Positions 59,848-64,000 of a DNA stretch of 64,000 nt are shown piece by piece. Positions within the stretch are counted from its first letter, which is position 1. Every line of letters starts with the position of its first letter. The translations under genes and the position numbers were made by a program. The DNA is from Candidatus Algichlamydia australiensis (GTDB lineage: Bacteria > Chlamydiota > Chlamydiia > Chlamydiales > JAJFMI01): NCBI GenBank assembly GCA_033977065.1, contig JAXCHI010000004.1, positions 352,001-416,000 of the forward strand, given 5' to 3'. The notes beneath the pieces are model-generated. The model worked only from the letters and a program-made list of their open reading frames with translations. It was not told the origin of the DNA and did not search any database.

Positions 59848-59900
59848 ACTCAAGTCATTACCCAGTCTCTCCAAAGGGGGAAGAGGGTAGCAATTTGAGG
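59848..59900. repeat. Internally deleted miniature of family D
   Basis: ACTCAAGTCATTACCCAGT (16/19 to one end) joined to 59865-59899, which matches the other end at 31/35. Confidence 0.8.
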
Positions 59901-59945
59901 TAACGATCGAGAGCAAACTTGAATACACCTTAAAAGCCCTAAAAA

Positions 59946-61235
59946 TTAAAAAAGGCACGAGACAAGGTAGAGAGGAAAATTGGCAATTTTGCCATCAATT
60001 TTGAGATTCATCAGCGTCGCTCTGCAAAGCCTTTCTGGAGCGTACTTGTCAGCATACACAAGCAGACTCTTTTTCTTTGGGCTCGTTCCGGACTTGACTT
60101 CAAGGGGATAAATCTCATGGTCGCACTCGAGAAGAAAATCAATTTCTGCTGTGCCACTACTTTTCCAATAGTAAAGATTGTGCCTGCGGCTAGGTATGAG
60201 CTCTTGTGCAATGAAATTTTCTGTTAATGCTCCCTTGAATTCTGTGAACATCCGATTGCCATCTAAAATTGTTTTGGCATTGAGATTGCTTTGTGCAGCA
60301 AGAAGGCCTACATCAAGTGAGAAGATTTTAAAAATATGCTCTTCAGAATAGGCACTTAAGGGGAATTTTGGTGTTAGGACAAGAGAGCTTTTATGAATAA
60401 GACCTGCATCTAAGAGCCACTGAATTGCTTCTTCGTAGTCTCGAGCTCGTGCACTTTTACGAATGGTAGAAAAGATGAATTTTTTGTTTTCTTTGGCAAG
60501 TTGTTTGTGAATGAGCTTCCAGACCGTTGTGATTTTCATCACTTGATTGGGTGGAGCGTGTTTTGCAAAATCTTTTTCATATGCATCTAAAATTTCCTCA
60601 TGCACTTCGCGAGCAGTAGATAAATTTTGATGTTTTCGGTATTCACTAACCGCTTCGGGCATTCCTCCGACAAACATGTAAATCTTCAAAAGTTTAGTTA
60701 GCTCATCATGAAAGGTGATTGATTCAAAAGATTGGATGTTTTCTAAGTAGGTTCGCTTTTTTGATTCGCCCATTGCTGAGAGGAATTCAAAGAAGGTGAG
60801 GGGATAGAGGTGTAAAAAATTAACTTTTCCAACGGGAAAGCCCTTTTCTTGTGTGGTTTTAACCCCAAGAAGCGAACCAGCTGCCGCAACATGGTACTCT
60901 TTTGCTTCTTCGCAAAAGTATTTTAAGCAATTGAGCGCTCGAGGGCACTCTTGGATTTCATCAAAGATAATCAGAGTATTTTTAGGCTCTATTTCAACCT
61001 CTGCATGAATTGCTAAAGTTTTGAGAAGCTCATGGGGATCTAGAGTTGTTTTAAAGTAGGAATGGAGTTTTTCACTTTTTTCAAAGTTAAAATAGACAAA
61101 TTTTTTGTAAGCTGTTTGACCAAAATGCTTAAGAGCATAAGTTTTACCAACTTGTCTAGCACCATTGATAATCAGCGGCTTACGTCGAGGGGATTTTTTC
61201 CACTCTTCTAAAGATTTATAAATATCTCTTTTCAT
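59946..61235 (-). CDS. AAA+ ATPase with DUF4143 domain
   Basis: GARQVGKT, FDEIQE, AGSLLG, GGMPEA and AEIDFL...PLEVKS. Confidence 0.92.
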   Translation of the reverse strand: MKRDIYKSLEEWKKSPRRKPLIINGARQVGKTYALKHFGQTAYKKFVYFNFEKSEKLHSYFKTTLDPHELLKTLAIHAEVEIEPKNTLIIFDEIQECPRALNCLKYFCEEAKEYHVAAAGSLLGVKTTQEKGFPVGKVNFLHLYPLTFFEFLSAMGESKKRTYLENIQSFESITFHDELTKLLKIYMFVGGMPEAVSEYRKHQNLSTAREVHEEILDAYEKDFAKHAPPNQVMKITTVWKLIHKQLAKENKKFIFSTIRKSARARDYEEAIQWLLDAGLIHKSSLVLTPKFPLSAYSEEHIFKIFSLDVGLLAAQSNLNAKTILDGNRMFTEFKGALTENFIAQELIPSRRHNLYYWKSSGTAEIDFLLECDHEIYPLEVKSGTSPKKKSLLVYADKYAPERLCRATLMNLKIDGKIANFPLYLVSCLF

Positions 61236-61323
61236 ACCTTAAAAATAACCTTTCTTCCCTTAAAAAGCAATTATTCCTCAGGAAAACGTGGTTGAATTTC
61301 GCTTTATTCGTTGGAAAAACGTG

Positions 61324-62979
61324 TTATTTATGCACGTTTTTCCATGGAAAAGCGTGTTTTGAGGGTGGACTTGCTGGGGCAGTTGCGTCAGTGATGCCGC
61401 TGAAAAGCTGGCCCCAACCGCCTAAGCTTGGGATCGCTTGCTTGCGAGCGATCAGCCAGGCTATTTTTTTTGCTGCCGCACCTGAATCGAGCTCTACGTT
61501 TCCAAATGGTCCTTTAAAGGGAATTTGTAGTACGTAGCCTATTGGAAGGTTTGGAATTGAGAGGGTTTTTTCGAGGGTTTTGGCAGGGATACCAAAGATC
61601 ATATTGACTTTGCGCTTAGCGAGGTCAATTGTCCCCCAGGTGGCAAAGTGATAGGCTTTTTGAAAGAGGAAGTCGGTGCGCTCGATTGTGATTTTTCCTT
61701 TATGAATCGAAAAGTCTGCGGGAGTAAACCAGAGATGAATGCCCCCAGAGGATTCTGCTTTAAGGAGCCCTCCCAAATTGGAAGTAACGCCTATGTTTTC
61801 AACAATGATTTGTCCGATTTGTAGCTGGCCGCTTTTTACTTCAAATTTTCTTAAATTAAGAGGGTATAAGGGAAGAGAAAAACCTTTTTTCGAGATGGTA
61901 AGAGTGATGGGTTGGGAAGCCTCTAAGAGTTGTACGTCAAAATTTTTATAAAGAAGTGTGGCGAGCTTTTTTGAGGGAGTCAGTTGCGCTTGCAAATCCT
62001 TGCGTAAAGTTAGAATGTTTTGATTGAGGCTTCCTGCGATATTAAGAGTTAGCGCTTCTGATTGTAGTTGGAGGTCAAGTGTACCTCGGCCATTTTTAAG
62101 TTTTGTTTGATAAGTTCCTTGTAAATCTGAACTTGTTAGCTTGGCGTCGAGACCATTTTCTGAAGCTGTTCCGGTGAGGCTGAGGTTTTCAAGAGGGTAG
62201 CCGTCCAACGAAAATTCTGGCAGTGAGAGCGAAAAGGTTACAGGTACTTTAATTTTTTTAGTAAATGAGTAGGTAAAGGGCTGAATTTTTCCTGTAAAAT
62301 TTTCTGTTTTTGTAAGAGTGATCGCATCCCAATTGGTAAGTTTTTGAAAGGTAAGAGGAGTGAGGCTTCCCTCTATTTCAATTGGTTTTTTTACTTTGAT
62401 TCCTTCTAGGCTCGCTTGCATTTGTGCGTTTAAGGTAAAGGGGCTTGTAAAGAGAAACCCGCTTGCCTCAAGATGTTTTCCATCCCATATCCCGGCAAAT
62501 TTGTTGATCTGGATATGGTCGTAGAGAATTTTTTCAAACTGGAAGGAGCCCGTTTCAAAATTCCCCCTTACTTCTGCGGAAAACGTTTTTTCATCCTCCA
62601 AGGGAATCTCTTTGATTGAGGCTTGAAAGGTGTTTTCTTTAGTTGCAAAAGAGAAACTTCCCTTGCCTGCTCCGCTAATTTTTCCATTTTCTAGGGAAGT
62701 GGTCTTTGGAATCTGTCTGCGCAGCAGCGCAATAAAAGTATCACCATAGGTTATTGAGGAAGCGCTTAGCTCAATTTCTTGATTTTTGTATTGAATTTGT
62801 TTAGCTACTTGTGGACCTGTCCAGCTAAACCGCATTGATTCAGCTTTTAGGTTTCCACCAAAACGTTTTTCTACATTTGATGTGATGAGCTCATTTCCCC
62901 AAGAAGTTGAGAGAATCATCGGTGTAAAACCTATGATGAGTAAAAGGAGAATCAGGAGAGTAATGAAAAGTTTTTTCAT
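61324..62979 (-). CDS. Membrane-anchored beta-rich hypothetical protein (AsmA-like candidate)
   Basis: Single N-terminal TM followed by extended beta-strand-like sequence; coupled to the glmS stop. Confidence 0.65.
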   Translation of the reverse strand: MKKLFITLLILLLLIIGFTPMILSTSWGNELITSNVEKRFGGNLKAESMRFSWTGPQVAKQIQYKNQEIELSASSITYGDTFIALLRRQIPKTTSLENGKISGAGKGSFSFATKENTFQASIKEIPLEDEKTFSAEVRGNFETGSFQFEKILYDHIQINKFAGIWDGKHLEASGFLFTSPFTLNAQMQASLEGIKVKKPIEIEGSLTPLTFQKLTNWDAITLTKTENFTGKIQPFTYSFTKKIKVPVTFSLSLPEFSLDGYPLENLSLTGTASENGLDAKLTSSDLQGTYQTKLKNGRGTLDLQLQSEALTLNIAGSLNQNILTLRKDLQAQLTPSKKLATLLYKNFDVQLLEASQPITLTISKKGFSLPLYPLNLRKFEVKSGQLQIGQIIVENIGVTSNLGGLLKAESSGGIHLWFTPADFSIHKGKITIERTDFLFQKAYHFATWGTIDLAKRKVNMIFGIPAKTLEKTLSIPNLPIGYVLQIPFKGPFGNVELDSGAAAKKIAWLIARKQAIPSLGGWGQLFSGITDATAPASPPSKHAFPWKNVHK

Positions 62980-64000
62980 TCGACGGTAACAGACTTGGCT
63001 AGATTGCGGGGCTGGTCAATCTCCGCTCCTCGTTCCAAGGCGATATAGTAAGCAAAAAGTTGCAAGGCAATCGAGTAGAGAATGGGCGCTAGATGGTCGA
63101 TCACCTTAGGCATAAAGAGCAAATCATCGGCAATTGCCTCCATTCTTTTTGTTCCTTCAGGAACTAAAGCGAAAATAGGAGCGCCGCGCGCTTTGACCTC
63201 CATCAAATTGCTCTCCATCTTCTCAAGTGTCAAAGAATTTCCTAAGAGGGCAATTATAGGTAAATTTTCATCCAGAAGCGCAATCGGACCATGCTTCATT
63301 TCGCCACCAGGATAGGCGCTTGCCTGCAGATAACTAATCTCTTTTAATTTGAGTGCAGCTTCTAGAGAGGCTTCAAACATAGCTTGGCGCCCTAAAAAGA
63401 AAAAGCTTTCATATTTCGCATACTTCTTTGCAATTGCGCGAATTTGGGAGTTGAGTTGCAAAACGCTATCTGCCAATTTTGGTATACGATCAATTTCATG
63501 CAGAACTTTTCCACTTAACTTGCATGTTAAAAGAGTGAGAACAGCAAGCTGTGCGGTAAAAGCTTTGGTTGAGCAGACGCTAATTTCTGGCCCTGCACGC
63601 AGCATTAAAGTGGAATCCGCCTCTCGAACCAGTGTGCAGTAGGGGACATTACAAATTCCCAGTATTTTCGCTCCGCGACTCTTTGCAAGTCGTACGGCTG
63701 CCAAAGTGTCTGCTGTTTCACCCGACTGACTAATTGCGACAACTAAACTTTTCTTATCTACAAGAGGGTTTGAATAGCGAAATTCTGAAGCGACAACTGC
63801 TTTAGCAGGAATGCGCGCCATCTCCTCAATTAAATTGCAGGCAACAAGACCTGCATGCCATGAGGAACCGCAAGCAAGAATGATGACATTTTCAATATTA
63901 TCAAGAGGGAAGTTGAGCTCTTCAAAGAACACTTTTTCGCCTTGAATGCGTCCTGCAATTGCCTGTGTTAAACTCAGTGGCTGCTCAAAAATCTCTTTAA
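62976..64000 (-). CDS. glmS: Glutamine-fructose-6-phosphate aminotransferase, 3' part
   Basis: ACGSSWHA, SQSGETADT, STKAF, ALKLKEISY, EMKHGPIAL and PRNLAKSVTVE; starts beyond the window end. Confidence 0.97.
   Translation of the reverse strand, partial: KEIFEQPLSLTQAIAGRIQGEKVFFEELNFPLDNIENVIILACGSSWHAGLVACNLIEEMARIPAKAVVASEFRYSNPLVDKKSLVVAISQSGETADTLAAVRLAKSRGAKILGICNVPYCTLVREADSTLMLRAGPEISVCSTKAFTAQLAVLTLLTCKLSGKVLHEIDRIPKLADSVLQLNSQIRAIAKKYAKYESFFFLGRQAMFEASLEAALKLKEISYLQASAYPGGEMKHGPIALLDENLPIIALLGNSLTLEKMESNLMEVKARGAPIFALVPEGTKRMEAIADDLLFMPKVIDHLAPILYSIALQLFAYYIALERGAEIDQPRNLAKSVTVE

Noticed and set aside
374..63642. Numerous 60-160 aa antisense or alternate-frame ORFs in the track
   Set aside because: They lie within well-supported genes and lack motifs or initiation signals.

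Overview
Chromosomal window from an environmental member of the phylum Chlamydiae. The assignment rests on the PVC-signature small basic protein, a histone-like HctB and chlamydia-type gene order (dxs-xseB-xseA/tpiA, HEAT-lptD, DUF502-ybeY-hlyC-DUF3604). About 65 CDS are mostly housekeeping genes, interspersed with single accessory genes: AAA-PD-(D/E)XK, Fic, AbiE toxin-antitoxin, an FHA-like adhesin, and ankyrin/LRR/TPR/Inc-like candidate effectors. No rRNA, tRNA, CRISPR or transposase was seen. Two window-wide patterns are not explained by the gene calls. (1) At least 18 genes, mostly operon-leading, have a sigma70/sigma66-type -10 hexamer only 5-9 nt before the start codon, which implies pervasive leaderless or near-leaderless mRNAs. 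(2) At least four sequence-unrelated families of ~160-170 bp elements fold as whole-length hairpins and carry 2, 6 or 9 bp target duplications. They form a CTAG-joined tandem array, split the AbiEii toxin next to its catalytic motif, and donate stop codons to several genes; one family keeps open frames on both strands and shows compensatory base changes. Also found: two small proteins missed by the ORF track, a +1 frameshift in rpmG, and an SDR pseudogene. All calls are by eye; no database searches were run.
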